From Horticoccus luteus (lineage in GTDB: Bacteria; Verrucomicrobiota; Verrucomicrobiia; Opitutales; Opitutaceae): a stretch of 32,000 bases of DNA. The position numbers were made by a program, and so were the translations under genes. The DNA is taken from NCBI RefSeq assembly GCF_019464535.1, contig NZ_CP080507.1, positions 1,980,001 through 2,012,000 of the forward strand. The letters run 5' to 3'. How positions within the stretch are numbered: the stretch's first letter is position 1; each line of letters begins with the position of its first letter. Under the pieces are notes generated by a model. It did no database searches and was not told the origin of the DNA. It saw only the letters and a program-made list of their open reading frames with translations. Shown here in pieces: positions 1-9,360 of the stretch.

Positions 1-23
1 GCGTGCGGATCGCAGGACGTTGG

Positions 24-1382
24 TCAGACCTGATACGTTTGCAGGGGCACGGGATCGAGCACCCGCGCGTTGGGCATCAGAGTGGCGAGTTGCTCGGCGA
101 ACCACGCGCGGGCAGGCGGATCGCCATGAGTGAGGACGACGCTGCGCGCACCCGTCTGGACCGCGAACTCGACGAGCTGCTCGCGATCCGCATGTCCGGA
201 GAGTTCGAAGCGCTCGATGCGGGCCTTCACCTTCGCTTTAACGTGCACCGTCTCGAAAAGAAACGTGTCTCCGGGCTTGGCGAGCTGGAGCTGGCCGCCG
301 GGGGTGTCGGGATCGCAGTAGCCGACGAAGCCAATCGTGTTGCGCGCGTGACCGACCATGCCGGAGGCCAGGGTGTAGCTGGGCGTGCGCTCCACGAGCA
401 TGCCCGAGCTGATGATGTAGAGCGCGTTTTGCTGGGGATCTTCGCCGGCGTTCAACTTGCGCGGCGTGGGCTTGATTTTGAGCTCTTTTATGATGCCCCG
501 GTTGAACTGCACGTGCTTGGTCTTGCGGCTGATTTCGTCGAAGTAGTCGGCCAAGTCCATCCCGAGTCCGGACGCGTAAATCGGACATTCGATGAGCCGG
601 CCGAACTTTCGCGCGTCGTAGATGATCGTGAGAATTTCCTGCATGCGGCCGAGCGCGAAGACGGGGATCACGAACGATCCGCCGCGTTGAATGGTGTCGT
701 TGATGCTTTTCACGAGGCGGTCCAGCTCCGCGCTGCGGCTTTTGTCGGCCGGGCGCTCAGTGGTGCCGCGGGTCGTCTCGGTGACGAGGGTGTCAAAATG
801 CCCAGCGGGAAACTCCGCACCTTTCAAGGTGCGTTGGTCATCGAAGAGAACGTCGCCGGTAAAGAAGATGGCGCGATGTTTGTGGCGAAGTTCGACGCCG
901 GCGGCACCGGCGACATGCCCGGCGCGATGAAGAATGATTTCGATTTCATCTTTCGCCGTGTGAAACTTCTTGGCGTGCCCGAACGGCAACCCGACAAAGC
1001 GCTTCGCGCACCGGTCGATTTCCTCGTGCGTGAAGAGCGGATAGTCGGGAATGTTTTCATCTTCGCGCTGACGCAGCATCACGCTGGCCGAATTATGCAG
1101 CATGCGTTCGATGATGATCCGGCTCGAGGTGGTCATGAGCACCGGCGTATCCGGGTGCTCTCGCATCACGACGGGCAGACTGCCGATGTGATCGAGATGG
1201 CAGTGCGTGATGATGATCAAATCCAGAGTGACGCCTCGGAGCGGTGCCAAATCCGGCGAGGCAAGACGCCCGACTTTTTTCGGATTGAGTCCGGAATCGA
1301 TCAGGATGTTGAGGTCGCCAATTTGGACGAAGAGGGAATTGGCGCCAATGCCGCCGTCACGGTTCAAGTCAGTAAGCTTCAT
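24..1382 (-). CDS. MBL-fold metallo-hydrolase, beta-CASP (RNase J/CPSF-like) family
   Basis: The ORF spans 24..1406(-). I prefer the ATG at 1382 over the TTG at 1406. HCHLDHIGSLP is the HxHxDH zinc motif. A later RAGHVAGAAG and the C-terminal LSGHAD...VLTHGD fit beta-CASP nucleases. Confidence 0.8.
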   Translation of the reverse strand: MKLTDLNRDGGIGANSLFVQIGDLNILIDSGLNPKKVGRLASPDLAPLRGVTLDLIIITHCHLDHIGSLPVVMREHPDTPVLMTTSSRIIIERMLHNSASVMLRQREDENIPDYPLFTHEEIDRCAKRFVGLPFGHAKKFHTAKDEIEIILHRAGHVAGAAGVELRHKHRAIFFTGDVLFDDQRTLKGAEFPAGHFDTLVTETTRGTTERPADKSRSAELDRLVKSINDTIQRGGSFVIPVFALGRMQEILTIIYDARKFGRLIECPIYASGLGMDLADYFDEISRKTKHVQFNRGIIKELKIKPTPRKLNAGEDPQQNALYIISSGMLVERTPSYTLASGMVGHARNTIGFVGYCDPDTPGGQLQLAKPGDTFLFETVHVKAKVKARIERFELSGHADREQLVEFAVQTGARSVVLTHGDPPARAWFAEQLATLMPNARVLDPVPLQTYQV

Positions 1383-1431
1383 GTGCTGCCGCGAAGAGAG
1401 CGGCAAACCGCCACGAGAACCAGTTCGATTT

Positions 1432-1821
1432 TCAGGCGTCGTGCGGAATCACGAGGTCAAACGGGGGCAGCACCACGTGGACGCGCCGGTTCATTTCATC
1501 GACGCCGTGAAAGCTGCCGAAGGCGCGCGCGGCACATCCGGTGACGTGGTAGCTGTTGTAGGAGAATTGCTCGCCCGGGGGCAGGCGCGGCGTTTCGCCG
1601 ACGATGCGATCTCCCTCAATCACAAGGCGCGTGCCGTCGCTTTGTTCGATAATCCACTTGCGGCCCAGCAGTGTCACGGTGCGGGGTGAGCGATTTTGAA
1701 TCGTGATGAAGTAGACGAACGCGTGCGGCTTGTCGGCGGGCAGACTCGCGCCGCCGTGATGGTAGCAAAGTTTGTCCAGATGGGCGGTAAGCCCGGGCAC
1801 GTGTTCAGAGCTGCAAGACAC
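1432..1821 (-). CDS. apaG: ApaG (DUF525) domain protein
   Basis: This is a 129-aa ORF with a GTG start at 1821. The pattern FVYFITIQNRS...W.I....G......G..IVGE.P.L.PGE.F.Y.S is typical of ApaG beta-sandwich proteins. Confidence 0.75.
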   Translation of the reverse strand: MSCSSEHVPGLTAHLDKLCYHHGGASLPADKPHAFVYFITIQNRSPRTVTLLGRKWIIEQSDGTRLVIEGDRIVGETPRLPPGEQFSYNSYHVTGCAARAFGSFHGVDEMNRRVHVVLPPFDLVIPHDA

Positions 1822-1930
1822 GCTGGATACCAGAACTCAGAAACGCGGGCGAGCAAGTGGCGAGCGGTGATGCGGGATGAAAGACAAAGGACTTGCTGCG
1901 CATGGCGGTCGCGCGCAAAACCCAGCACCT

Positions 1931-3481
1931 ATGGCGAAATTCGCTCTCCTTTCCGTTAGCGACAAGAGTGGCCTGGCGGCTTTTGCGACGAAGCTGGTGC
2001 GGCAGTATGGCTACACGCTGCTTTCAACCGGCGGGACGGCGCGGCTGCTGGCCGATGCGGGCCTGCCCGTGACCGAGGTGAGTCAGCACACCGGGTTTCC
2101 CGAAATCATGGAAGGCCGGGTGAAGACATTGCACCCGAAAATCCACGGCGGCCTCCTCTGCCGGCGCGACAAACCAGCCCATCTCGCGGAAGCGAAGGCG
2201 AACGCGATCGACCTGATCGATCTGGTCGTGGTGAATCTTTATCCGTTCGAACAAACAGTCGCGCAACCGCACGTGGAATTTGAGGAAGCGATCGAAAATA
2301 TCGATATCGGCGGGCCCTCCATGCTGCGCAGCGCCGCGAAGAATCACGCGAGCGTGACGGTGGTGTGCGATCCGGCCGACTACGCGCCCGTGCTCGCCGC
2401 CCTGTCCGGCGGCGACAAGGCGCTGGCGGAACTGCGGTCACGGCTGGCCTTGAAAGTTTTTCAACGCACGGCGAGCTACGATGCGGCCATTGCGCGCTAC
2501 CTGGAAGGGCAGGCGGCCGGACCGGATCTGGAAGCGCTCAGCGGATTCCCCGCCACGCTCGCACCGTCGTGGAAGAAAGCGCAGGCGTTACGCTACGGCG
2601 AAAATCCGCATCAGAAGGCGGCGCTTTACGGCACGTTTCACGACCACTACCGGCAGCTCCAAGGCAAGGAGCTGAGTTACAATAATATTCTGGATATTAC
2701 CGCCGCCACCTACCTGATCGGCGAGTTCGAACGGCCGACCGTGGCGATTTTGAAGCACACCAATCCGTGCGGTGTGGCGAGCGCCGAGACGCTGATGGAA
2801 GCGTGGGAAAAGGCCTACGCGACAGATCGCCAGGCGCCGTTTGGCGGGATCATTATCGTGAATCAGACGCTCGACGGCGCGCTGGCGCAGACGATCGCGG
2901 AAATTTTTACCGAAGTGATCATCGCCCCGCGTTTCAGTGACGAAGCGCTCGCGATTTTCGGACGAAAGAAGAATTTGCGATTGATGATCGCGCAGGAAGG
3001 CATCGGCCCGGATTCGTTGCAGGAAATGCGTTCGGTGATCGGCGGGGTTTTGGTCCAAGACCGCGATCGCACGCTCGGACAGGTGCGCGAGTTTCGGGTT
3101 GTGACCAAACGACAGCCCACCGCCGAAGAATGGTCGGCGATGCTCTTCGGCTGGAAGGTCTGCAAGCACGTCAAATCGAACGCCATCGTCTACTGCCGGG
3201 GCGAGCAAACGCTCGGCGTCGGCGCCGGGCAGATGGCGCGCGTCGACAGTTCGCGCATCGCCGTATGGAAAGCGGGCGAAGCCGGTCTTGATTTGACGGG
3301 CTCGGTCGTGGTGAGTGAGGCGTTGTTTCCCTTTGCCGATGGATTGATCGCCGCGGCCGCTGCGGGCGCCACGGCGGCGATTCAGCCCGGCGGCTCGGTG
3401 CGCGACGAAGAGGTGATCAAGGCGGCCGACGAGCGCGGGATGACGATGGTGTTCACCGGCATCCGCCATTTCAAACATTGA
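1931..3481 (+). CDS. purH: Bifunctional AICAR transformylase / IMP cyclohydrolase
   Basis: The ORF opens at 1877, and the ATG at 1931 gives the canonical N-terminus MAKFALLSVSDKSGL. LLSTGGTA marks the MGS-like cyclohydrolase domain. A long AICARFT domain ends in ...FTGIRHFKH. Confidence 0.93.
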   Translation: MAKFALLSVSDKSGLAAFATKLVRQYGYTLLSTGGTARLLADAGLPVTEVSQHTGFPEIMEGRVKTLHPKIHGGLLCRRDKPAHLAEAKANAIDLIDLVVVNLYPFEQTVAQPHVEFEEAIENIDIGGPSMLRSAAKNHASVTVVCDPADYAPVLAALSGGDKALAELRSRLALKVFQRTASYDAAIARYLEGQAAGPDLEALSGFPATLAPSWKKAQALRYGENPHQKAALYGTFHDHYRQLQGKELSYNNILDITAATYLIGEFERPTVAILKHTNPCGVASAETLMEAWEKAYATDRQAPFGGIIIVNQTLDGALAQTIAEIFTEVIIAPRFSDEALAIFGRKKNLRLMIAQEGIGPDSLQEMRSVIGGVLVQDRDRTLGQVREFRVVTKRQPTAEEWSAMLFGWKVCKHVKSNAIVYCRGEQTLGVGAGQMARVDSSRIAVWKAGEAGLDLTGSVVVSEALFPFADGLIAAAAAGATAAIQPGGSVRDEEVIKAADERGMTMVFTGIRHFKH

Positions 3482-3527
3482 CGAACCTGCTGGGCCGAGC
3501 GCGGTCGGTGCGAATAATACAAAGCTT

Positions 3528-4322
3528 ATGAAACGATTCCTTCCCCTCCTCGCCGCGGCGCTATTCGCCCTTGCCGGCTGCTACACGAACCCAGTCACGG
3601 GCCGGCAGTCGCTGGTTTTAGTGCAGCCGAGCCAGGAGCTCGCGCTCGGCGCGCAGTCGTTCCAAGCGATCCGCCAGCAGGAAAAAGTTTCGACGGATGC
3701 GAAAATGAACGAGCGCGTGAAACGTGTTGGCGAACGCATCGCCGCGGCGGTCGGCAGCGAGATGCCCAATGCGCAATGGGAGTTTGTCGTTTTCGATTCT
3801 CCCGAGGTGAACGCGTTCGCCTTGCCGGGTGGAAAAGTGGGGGTTTACAGCGGGCTGCTCAAACTCGCGACCACCGACGACGAACTCGCCATCGTCATGG
3901 GGCATGAGATCGGGCATGTGGTGGCGCGACATGGCGCCGAGCGGATGTCGGAGCAGATGGTCATCGACGGGCTTGGCGCCTTGGGCGACGCCTACGCGCA
4001 GAATCATTACAGCCCGCAAACGGTGCAGCTCTTCGAGACCGCTTATGGCGGGGCGACCACCGTCGGGCGGGTGCTGCCGCATTCGCGCGCGAACGAGAGT
4101 GAAGCGGATCACATGGGAGTGGTGTTCGCGGCGCAGGCCGGCTACGATCCACGTGCGGCGATCACGTTTTGGAAGAAGATGAGCGAACTCAAGACGACCA
4201 AGCCGGGCCTGCTGGACAAATTTCTGTCGACGCATCCAGCCGACGCGCAGCGCATCGCCGATCTCCAGGCGCTGATGCCGCAAGTCGTGCCGATCTACGA
4301 AGCGAAGCGCAAAAACACCTGA
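3528..4322 (+). CDS. M48-family zinc metallopeptidase lipoprotein (YcaL/LoiP-like)
   Basis: A signal peptide ends in the lipobox LAGC. HEIGHVVARH is the HExxH motif, with a downstream ESEADHMG. Confidence 0.85.
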   Translation: MKRFLPLLAAALFALAGCYTNPVTGRQSLVLVQPSQELALGAQSFQAIRQQEKVSTDAKMNERVKRVGERIAAAVGSEMPNAQWEFVVFDSPEVNAFALPGGKVGVYSGLLKLATTDDELAIVMGHEIGHVVARHGAERMSEQMVIDGLGALGDAYAQNHYSPQTVQLFETAYGGATTVGRVLPHSRANESEADHMGVVFAAQAGYDPRAAITFWKKMSELKTTKPGLLDKFLSTHPADAQRIADLQALMPQVVPIYEAKRKNT

Positions 4323-4374
4323 GCGACGGCGCTTTTCCGGTTGGCGCGGACGGGTTAAGCGGGCACCGTGGGGC

Positions 4375-5754
4375 ATGTTTGACCCCATTGAAAAGCTGAA
4401 GGAATTCATCCGCCACCAAAGCATTTCCGCCGATTCGACGGCCAAGGCGGGAATGCAGGGCGCGCAGCAGTTTGTCGCCGATCTGCTGAAATCATTCGGC
4501 TTCGCGGTCGAATCCGTGACGACGGCGCTGCACCCAATCATTTTCGCGCAACGAGGCGGCGACCCGTCGTGGCCCCACGTGGTGATTTACGGGCATTACG
4601 ACGTGCAGCCGGCGGACCCGCTGGCGTTATGGAAAACCCCGGCGTTTGAGCCGACGATCATCGGCAATCGGATCTACGGCCGCGGCGCGGCTGACAACAA
4701 AGGACCGTTGATGACGAACATCGCGGCGGTCGCCCAGTTGCTGGAACAGCACCCCAATCTGCCTCTACGGATAACGTTTCTCATCGAAGGCGAAGAGGAG
4801 ATGGGCAGTCCGAGCTTCCCGAAATTTCTCGAAACGTATGCGGACAAGCTGCGCGAAGCGGACTTTGTTTTTCTGTCGGACACCGCGTTGCCGAACGAGC
4901 AGCAGGTCGTGATCACCGCGGGGCTGCGCGGGCTTGCGCTCTTCGATGTGCATCTGACCGGCGCAAAAGGCGACCTGCACTCCGGATTGCACGGCGGCGT
5001 CTTGCGCAATCCGATCCAGGCTCTCGCGGAAATTCTCGCGACTTTGCACACGCCGGAAGGCCGCGTGAACGTGCCGGGGTTTTATGATGACGTGCTCGAC
5101 GTGGAGCCGTGGGAGCGAGACGAGCTGAAAAAACTTGGCGCCGACGAAAAGGCTTACGCGGATTTTCTCGGCATCGACACCTTTTACACCACGCCCGGCT
5201 TCTCTCCGTTCGAATCGGTGCGCTTTCAACCAACACTCGAGTTTAACGGCATCGGTGGTGGCTACCAAGGAGAGGGGACGAAAACGGTGATTCCCAGCAA
5301 GGCGTTCGCCAAAATCAGCTGCCGGCTCGTCCCGAATCAGGAGCCGGATAAAATCAAGAAGCTCGTGATGGACGCGATTCGCGCCCGCACGCCGAAAGGG
5401 ATCAAGCTGGAGTTCGTCGACCAGCATAAAGGGGACCCTTACGTAGTCGTGCCGCCTGGACGTTCGAATACGCCGGTCGACCAATCGCCGGTGCTCGCGA
5501 AAGCCTTCCGTGCAACCGACGCCGCGGTGACGACAGTGTGGGGGCGCCCGCCGCTTTATTTGCGCGAGGGAGGGAGTGTGCCGATCATCGCAGACATCAA
5601 GCACACGACGGGGCTCGATTCGGTGATGTTCGGGCTTTTTCTCCCGGAAGATAATCTCCATGCGCCGAACGAGAGCTTCAATCTCGACGTGATGCGCAAA
5701 GGCATTGAGACCACGCGAAGGATTCTAGCGTCGGTAGCCGGTGTGACGGCTTAG
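4375..5754 (+). CDS. M20-family dipeptidase/peptidase
   Basis: GHYDVQPA, GRGAADNKG and EGEEEMGS are the metal-ligand motifs characteristic of M20 (ArgE/DapE/CPG2/dipeptidase) enzymes. The product is 459 aa. Confidence 0.85.
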   Translation: MFDPIEKLKEFIRHQSISADSTAKAGMQGAQQFVADLLKSFGFAVESVTTALHPIIFAQRGGDPSWPHVVIYGHYDVQPADPLALWKTPAFEPTIIGNRIYGRGAADNKGPLMTNIAAVAQLLEQHPNLPLRITFLIEGEEEMGSPSFPKFLETYADKLREADFVFLSDTALPNEQQVVITAGLRGLALFDVHLTGAKGDLHSGLHGGVLRNPIQALAEILATLHTPEGRVNVPGFYDDVLDVEPWERDELKKLGADEKAYADFLGIDTFYTTPGFSPFESVRFQPTLEFNGIGGGYQGEGTKTVIPSKAFAKISCRLVPNQEPDKIKKLVMDAIRARTPKGIKLEFVDQHKGDPYVVVPPGRSNTPVDQSPVLAKAFRATDAAVTTVWGRPPLYLREGGSVPIIADIKHTTGLDSVMFGLFLPEDNLHAPNESFNLDVMRKGIETTRRILASVAGVTA

Positions 5755-5863
5755 TCGCCGACATTGCCAACCGGCCGTGCGACGCGCCCGGCCGGGCGGC
5801 AACGCGGCGAAGCTCGCCACGGTTTACACATCGGAGGCGGCGACGGGGCGGTGGGTGGGCACG

Positions 5864-5896
5864 AAAAAGCCCCGGCGGAAGAGCCGGGGCTTTTTT
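5864..5896. terminator. Bidirectional intrinsic terminator
   Basis: The sequence is AAAAA-GCCCCGGC-ggaaga-GCCGGGGC-TTTTTT, a perfect 8-bp GC stem (5869-5876 / 5883-5890) flanked by an A-run and a T-run. It lies between the convergent M20 peptidase (+) and Pal-like (-) genes. Confidence 0.75.
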
Positions 5897-5914
5897 CAAA
5901 ACGAATCGTGCACC

Positions 5915-6466
5915 TTACTTTTGCAGGATGACGAGTTCGACGCGGCGGTCTTTTGCCATCGTGCCTTCGTCGGCATTCTTCGCGGCGTCCTCACTGCCTT
6001 TGGACAGGGTTTCCAAGCGTTTTTCATCGACGCCGAGGGTCACGAGGTATTTCCGCGCGGCGGCGGCACGGCGATCGCCGAGCCCAAGATTATATTCGGC
6101 CGTGCCGCGCCAATCGCAGTGACCTTCGAGGAGCAGGCGTTGATCGGGATGATCCTTCAAATAGTCGGCGGCGGCTTGAAGCTTGGGGCGCTCGGCAGGG
6201 GCGATGGCAGATTTGTCGAGGGAGAAATAAACCGATTCCAGTTTGCCGCGAAGCTGGCCTTTAAGATCGAAGCCAGGTTCACGGGCTTCCAACTGCGAGC
6301 CGACGTCGCTGGTGGTGGCGACATCCATGGGATTGATGGAGCCACCGGCCGATTGCCCCAAAACGGTGGAACTCGGATCAGGCCGCTTCGGTTTCTTGGC
6401 GCAGCCAGCCAGCCCAACTGCCAGGCCGGCGATCACGAGAATCAGTTTCTTCGAGGCGATATTCAT
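5915..6466 (-). CDS. OmpA-family peptidoglycan-associated lipoprotein (Pal-like)
   Basis: The N-terminal signal carries the lipobox LAGC. The C-terminal OmpA_C domain reads LLLEGHCDWRGTAEYNLGLGDRRAAAARKYL...RRVELV. It is not in a tol cluster, so I give no symbol. Confidence 0.85.
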   Translation of the reverse strand: MNIASKKLILVIAGLAVGLAGCAKKPKRPDPSSTVLGQSAGGSINPMDVATTSDVGSQLEAREPGFDLKGQLRGKLESVYFSLDKSAIAPAERPKLQAAADYLKDHPDQRLLLEGHCDWRGTAEYNLGLGDRRAAAARKYLVTLGVDEKRLETLSKGSEDAAKNADEGTMAKDRRVELVILQK

Positions 6467-6536
6467 GAAAAAAATTATTCGAGGCAGCTTATTGGTTAAA
6501 CGTTCCGGACCGGCAAGGATTTATTGGTCGCGCCAC

Positions 6537-7181
6537 TCAGAGGGACTGCCGCGGCTCGATCATGCCGATTTCGAGGGCATAGCGAGTGAGGCTGGCGACG
6601 TCGTGCAGGTCGAGTTTGCGCATTAAATTGGTCCGGTGATTGTCCACCGTTTTCGCGCTGATGTTCAGTTTTGCCGCAATTTCCTTCGTGCTGTGACTTT
6701 CGGCCACGAGTTTCAGGACCTCCCGCTCGCGATCAGTGAGCGCTGCGGCCGAATTGCGGGTGGGATTGGCGACGGCGGAGCGCAACAAGGCGGCGACCGC
6801 CGGCCCGAAATAGGTGCCACCTTGGGAAACGGTTTCCAAACCCTTCTTGAATTCGAACAGCCCAGCGGTTTTCTCGACAAAACCGTGAGCGCCCGCTTCG
6901 AGCATATCCCGCACGAGAACGGGATTTTCGTGACCAGAAAAAACCAGCACCCGCATGTCGGGAAGTTTTTTGGCAATCCGGCGGAGCAGGTCGACGCCGT
7001 TGAGTCCGGGCAATTTTGCGTCGAGCACGAGCAGGTCGGGCTTGATTTCCTGGATGACACTGAGCGCCTGCTGGCCATCGCCGCTTTCCCCAACCAATTG
7101 GTAGTTGGGGTCGGAACGCAGGATCTCCACCAGCATCTCGCGGATGGCGGTCTGGTCTTCGACGATGAAGAGACGATTCAT
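6537..7181 (-). CDS. Two-component response regulator, NarL/LuxR family (REC + LuxR HTH)
   Basis: The receiver domain has IVEDQ...DLLVLDAKLPGLNG. The C-terminal HTH reads LTDREREVLKLVAESHSTKEIAAKLNISAKTVDNHRTNLMRKL. No kinase gene is adjacent. Confidence 0.88.
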   Translation of the reverse strand: MNRLFIVEDQTAIREMLVEILRSDPNYQLVGESGDGQQALSVIQEIKPDLLVLDAKLPGLNGVDLLRRIAKKLPDMRVLVFSGHENPVLVRDMLEAGAHGFVEKTAGLFEFKKGLETVSQGGTYFGPAVAALLRSAVANPTRNSAAALTDREREVLKLVAESHSTKEIAAKLNISAKTVDNHRTNLMRKLDLHDVASLTRYALEIGMIEPRQSL

Positions 7182-7212
7182 GGATGGGCCGGTCGACGAG
7201 AGGAGCAGCAGC

Positions 7213-7287
7213 TGGTGGGTTGGCCGGGATTCGAACCCGGAACCAACGACTTAAAAGGACGCTGCTCTACCATTGAGCTACCAACCC
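7213..7287 (-). tRNA. tRNA-Lys (anticodon UUU), CCA encoded
   Basis: The reverse complement folds by hand into a cloverleaf: GGGTTGG-TA-GCTC-AATGGTA-GAGC-A-GCGTC-CTTTTAA-GTCGT-TGGTT-CCGGG-TTCGAAT-CCCGG-CCAACCC-A-CCA. The anticodon loop is C-T-TTT-A-A. The T-loop is TTCGAAT. Confidence 0.85.
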
Positions 7288-7375
7288 CCGTTTGCTGCGC
7301 TAGAACGTGGCAGGTAGGTTTCCCTCGCGAATTTTGGCAAGAATTTTCGGGTCAAAAAATGCGTTGCCGTTGACC

Positions 7376-7401
7376 GAAACCCCGCCCGCGCGTAAACCGT
7401 C
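7376..7401 (+). promoter_or_regulatory. Candidate ECF-type (autoregulated) promoter
   Basis: GAAAC (7376-7380), a 17-nt spacer and CGTC (7398-7401) lie about 63 nt upstream of the sigma-factor ATG. This resembles the GGAAC-N16/17-CGTC architecture of ECF promoters. It is a visual match only. Confidence 0.25.
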
Positions 7402-7463
7402 GTCTCCTACCTAAGATCTTGGGAACAATTCAAAAATATGTCCATCAGAGCGAGGCTGAACGT

Positions 7464-8066
7464 ATGTCAACCAAAGCTCAGGAAGTAGCGTTCGATCGAT
7501 TGCTCGTGGACCGCTTCAAAGGCGGGGATCAATCCGCCTTCGACGAGATGGTCTCCCGTTACTGGGATCGCATCTATTCGATGGTCAACCAGCTGCTGCG
7601 TAACTCCCAAGATGCGGAGGAGGTGACGCAGGATGCCTTCATCCGCGCCCATCGCGGGTTGGTTAACTTCCGCGGTGAATCAGCCTTTTCGACGTGGCTG
7701 TATCAGATCGCCACGAACCTCGCGCGCAACCGGTATTGGTATTGGTGGCGGCGGAAGCGCGATAAATCCGTTTCCATCGACGCCCCGTTTGGCGCCGATA
7801 ACGACATGACACTCGCCGACGTGATTCCGGCCGAGGTGGAGACACCGGACGATATTACTGTGACGCAGGAGTTCATCGATCGAATCGGCGTCGGCATGCA
7901 GCGGATCAGCGTCAAGCACCGTGAAATTTTGGTTCTGCGGAACGTCAAAAATATGTCCTATGAAGAAATCGCCGCCGTCCTCGGCATTTCCATCGGAACC
8001 GTTAAAAGCCGGATCGCGCGCGCCCGGGAGAGCCTGCGGTCCAAATTGGGGGAGGATTTCAAATGA
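7464..8066 (+). CDS. ECF-type RNA polymerase sigma factor (sigma-70 family, group 4)
   Basis: The ORF opens with TTG at 7419. I prefer the ATG at 7464, which follows GAGG. Region 2 reads DAEEVTQDAFIRAHRGLVNFRGESAFSTWLYQIATNLARN. Region 4 reads MSYEEIAAVLGISIGTVKSRIARARESLR. Confidence 0.88.
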   Translation: MSTKAQEVAFDRLLVDRFKGGDQSAFDEMVSRYWDRIYSMVNQLLRNSQDAEEVTQDAFIRAHRGLVNFRGESAFSTWLYQIATNLARNRYWYWWRRKRDKSVSIDAPFGADNDMTLADVIPAEVETPDDITVTQEFIDRIGVGMQRISVKHREILVLRNVKNMSYEEIAAVLGISIGTVKSRIARARESLRSKLGEDFK

Positions 8067-8749
8067 AAGAGTCTAAGTTCATCGAGTTGCTCAATCTCTA
8101 CGTCGATCACGAGATCAACGCCGCGGAAGCCGCGGAACTGGAGGCCGAAATTCAGCAGAATCCCCAGCGGCGGGAAGTTTACCACCAGTATTGTCGCATC
8201 CAAAAGGGCTGCACCGTGCTGGCCGATCAGTTCCGCACGGAAGCGCCGCAGCCGGCAGCGAGTCCCGCGCACGCGCGGCGGCGGTCGCCGGCGTGGGCTT
8301 ATGCCGGGGGACTGCTCGCGGCTGCAGCGTGCGCCGCCTTCGTCGTCACCACGAAACTGCATCAGGCAACCGCGCCGCAGGCACTCAGTCCCGCGCGGAC
8401 TTCCGGCAACGCATTGGCAAGCGCGTTACCCGCGGCTCCGGCCGCCTCCGTAGCTGTGATGCAGAAACCAGCTGCGCTGCCCACCGCGCACATGGATTTT
8501 CAACCAGTGCTCGTATCGCACACGCTGCATTTGGCCAACCTCGCAGCGGATACGGACAGCACGATGCTCACGGCGCGCGATCAGGCCAAACTTGATTGGT
8601 TGCAAAACATCCAACTCTCGCCGCTCAGAGTGCCCGCGGAAAATCTGCGCTTTGACACGCAGACGAGCTCGGGCGCCGACAATCGTGTCTACGCCGGCCG
8701 CAAGCCGATCGGCACCGCGGAGATGACCGCGTTTCAGTTCCAGCGCTAG
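8063..8749 (+). CDS. Putative membrane anti-sigma factor
   Basis: Its start overlaps the sigma stop by 4 nt (ATGA). The N-terminus LLNLYVDHEINAAEAAELEAEIQQNPQRREVY resembles anti-sigma N-terminal helices. There is a single TM segment (AWAYAGGLLAAAACAAFVV). The extracytoplasmic C-terminal part carries no domain I recognise. Confidence 0.6.
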   Translation: MKESKFIELLNLYVDHEINAAEAAELEAEIQQNPQRREVYHQYCRIQKGCTVLADQFRTEAPQPAASPAHARRRSPAWAYAGGLLAAAACAAFVVTTKLHQATAPQALSPARTSGNALASALPAAPAASVAVMQKPAALPTAHMDFQPVLVSHTLHLANLAADTDSTMLTARDQAKLDWLQNIQLSPLRVPAENLRFDTQTSSGADNRVYAGRKPIGTAEMTAFQFQR

Positions 8750-8751
8750 GC

Positions 8752-9351
8752 CTAAGCCAGCGCTTTTTTGATCAGCGCCTCGGTGCTCGCATCGGCGCCG
8801 AGAGCCAGCGTCGCGCGACGTACTGCTTGGTCGGCATCAGCCGCGCGATAGCCAAGAGCGGTAAGAGCAGCCACGGCGTCCCGATGCCGGCTTTCGCCGG
8901 GCGTGTCGACGCCCGCTCCGCTTGCCTCGCCCGCCAGGCTGCTTTGTCCGCCCACCTTGGACTTCAATTCCACCACGAGGCGCTCCGCTGTTTTTTTTCC
9001 GATGCCCGGGCATTTCGCGAGCGAGCCGATATCGCCGAGGCGGATCGCGCTTTCAAGCAATGGAAGCGACAGCCGACTCATGATCGTCAACGCGAGTTTC
9101 GGGCCGACGCCGGTCACGTTTTCGATCATCAACCGGAAAAAATCCCGCTCAGCCGGCGTTGCAAAACCGTAAAGCGTCTGGGCGTCCTCACGATAGATGA
9201 CCAACGTGTGCAGCTTCACCGTTGCGCCCGTCGCCGGCAGTTTTTCTGCGGTGGTGACGGGAATGTTCACCTCGTAGCCGAAGCCGTTGAGCTCGACGAT
9301 CGCGTGCAACGGCGTGGCCGAGGAAAGTGTGCCTTGGATGGAAGTGATCAC
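8752..9351 (-). CDS. ruvA: Holliday junction branch-migration complex subunit RuvA
   Basis: The N-terminal OB region is MITSIQGTL......VELNGFGYEV. The HhH motifs read LAKCPGIGKKTAERLVVELK. A C-terminal domain III reads AL.ALGY. The product is 199 aa. Confidence 0.9.
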   Translation of the reverse strand: MITSIQGTLSSATPLHAIVELNGFGYEVNIPVTTAEKLPATGATVKLHTLVIYREDAQTLYGFATPAERDFFRLMIENVTGVGPKLALTIMSRLSLPLLESAIRLGDIGSLAKCPGIGKKTAERLVVELKSKVGGQSSLAGEASGAGVDTPGESRHRDAVAALTALGYRAADADQAVRRATLALGADASTEALIKKALA

Positions 9352-9360
9352 ACGCAGAAC

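Noticed and set aside
3-1544. A 513-aa plus-strand ORF at the window start.
   Set aside because: It lies antisense to the well-supported MBL/beta-CASP gene. It is Arg/Ala/Gly-rich with no motif. This is a typical shadow ORF of a high-GC coding region.
1822-1930. A possible ZTP (pfl) riboswitch upstream of purH.
   Set aside because: purH is a classic ZTP-riboswitch target. However, I could not find the conserved GGGUCGUGAC...CCGCCUGGGC elements in the 109-nt spacer.
7188-7420. tRNA-Lys as a genomic-island integration site.
   Set aside because: There is no integrase, no duplicated tRNA 3' segment and no compositional break on either side. The flanking genes are ordinary.
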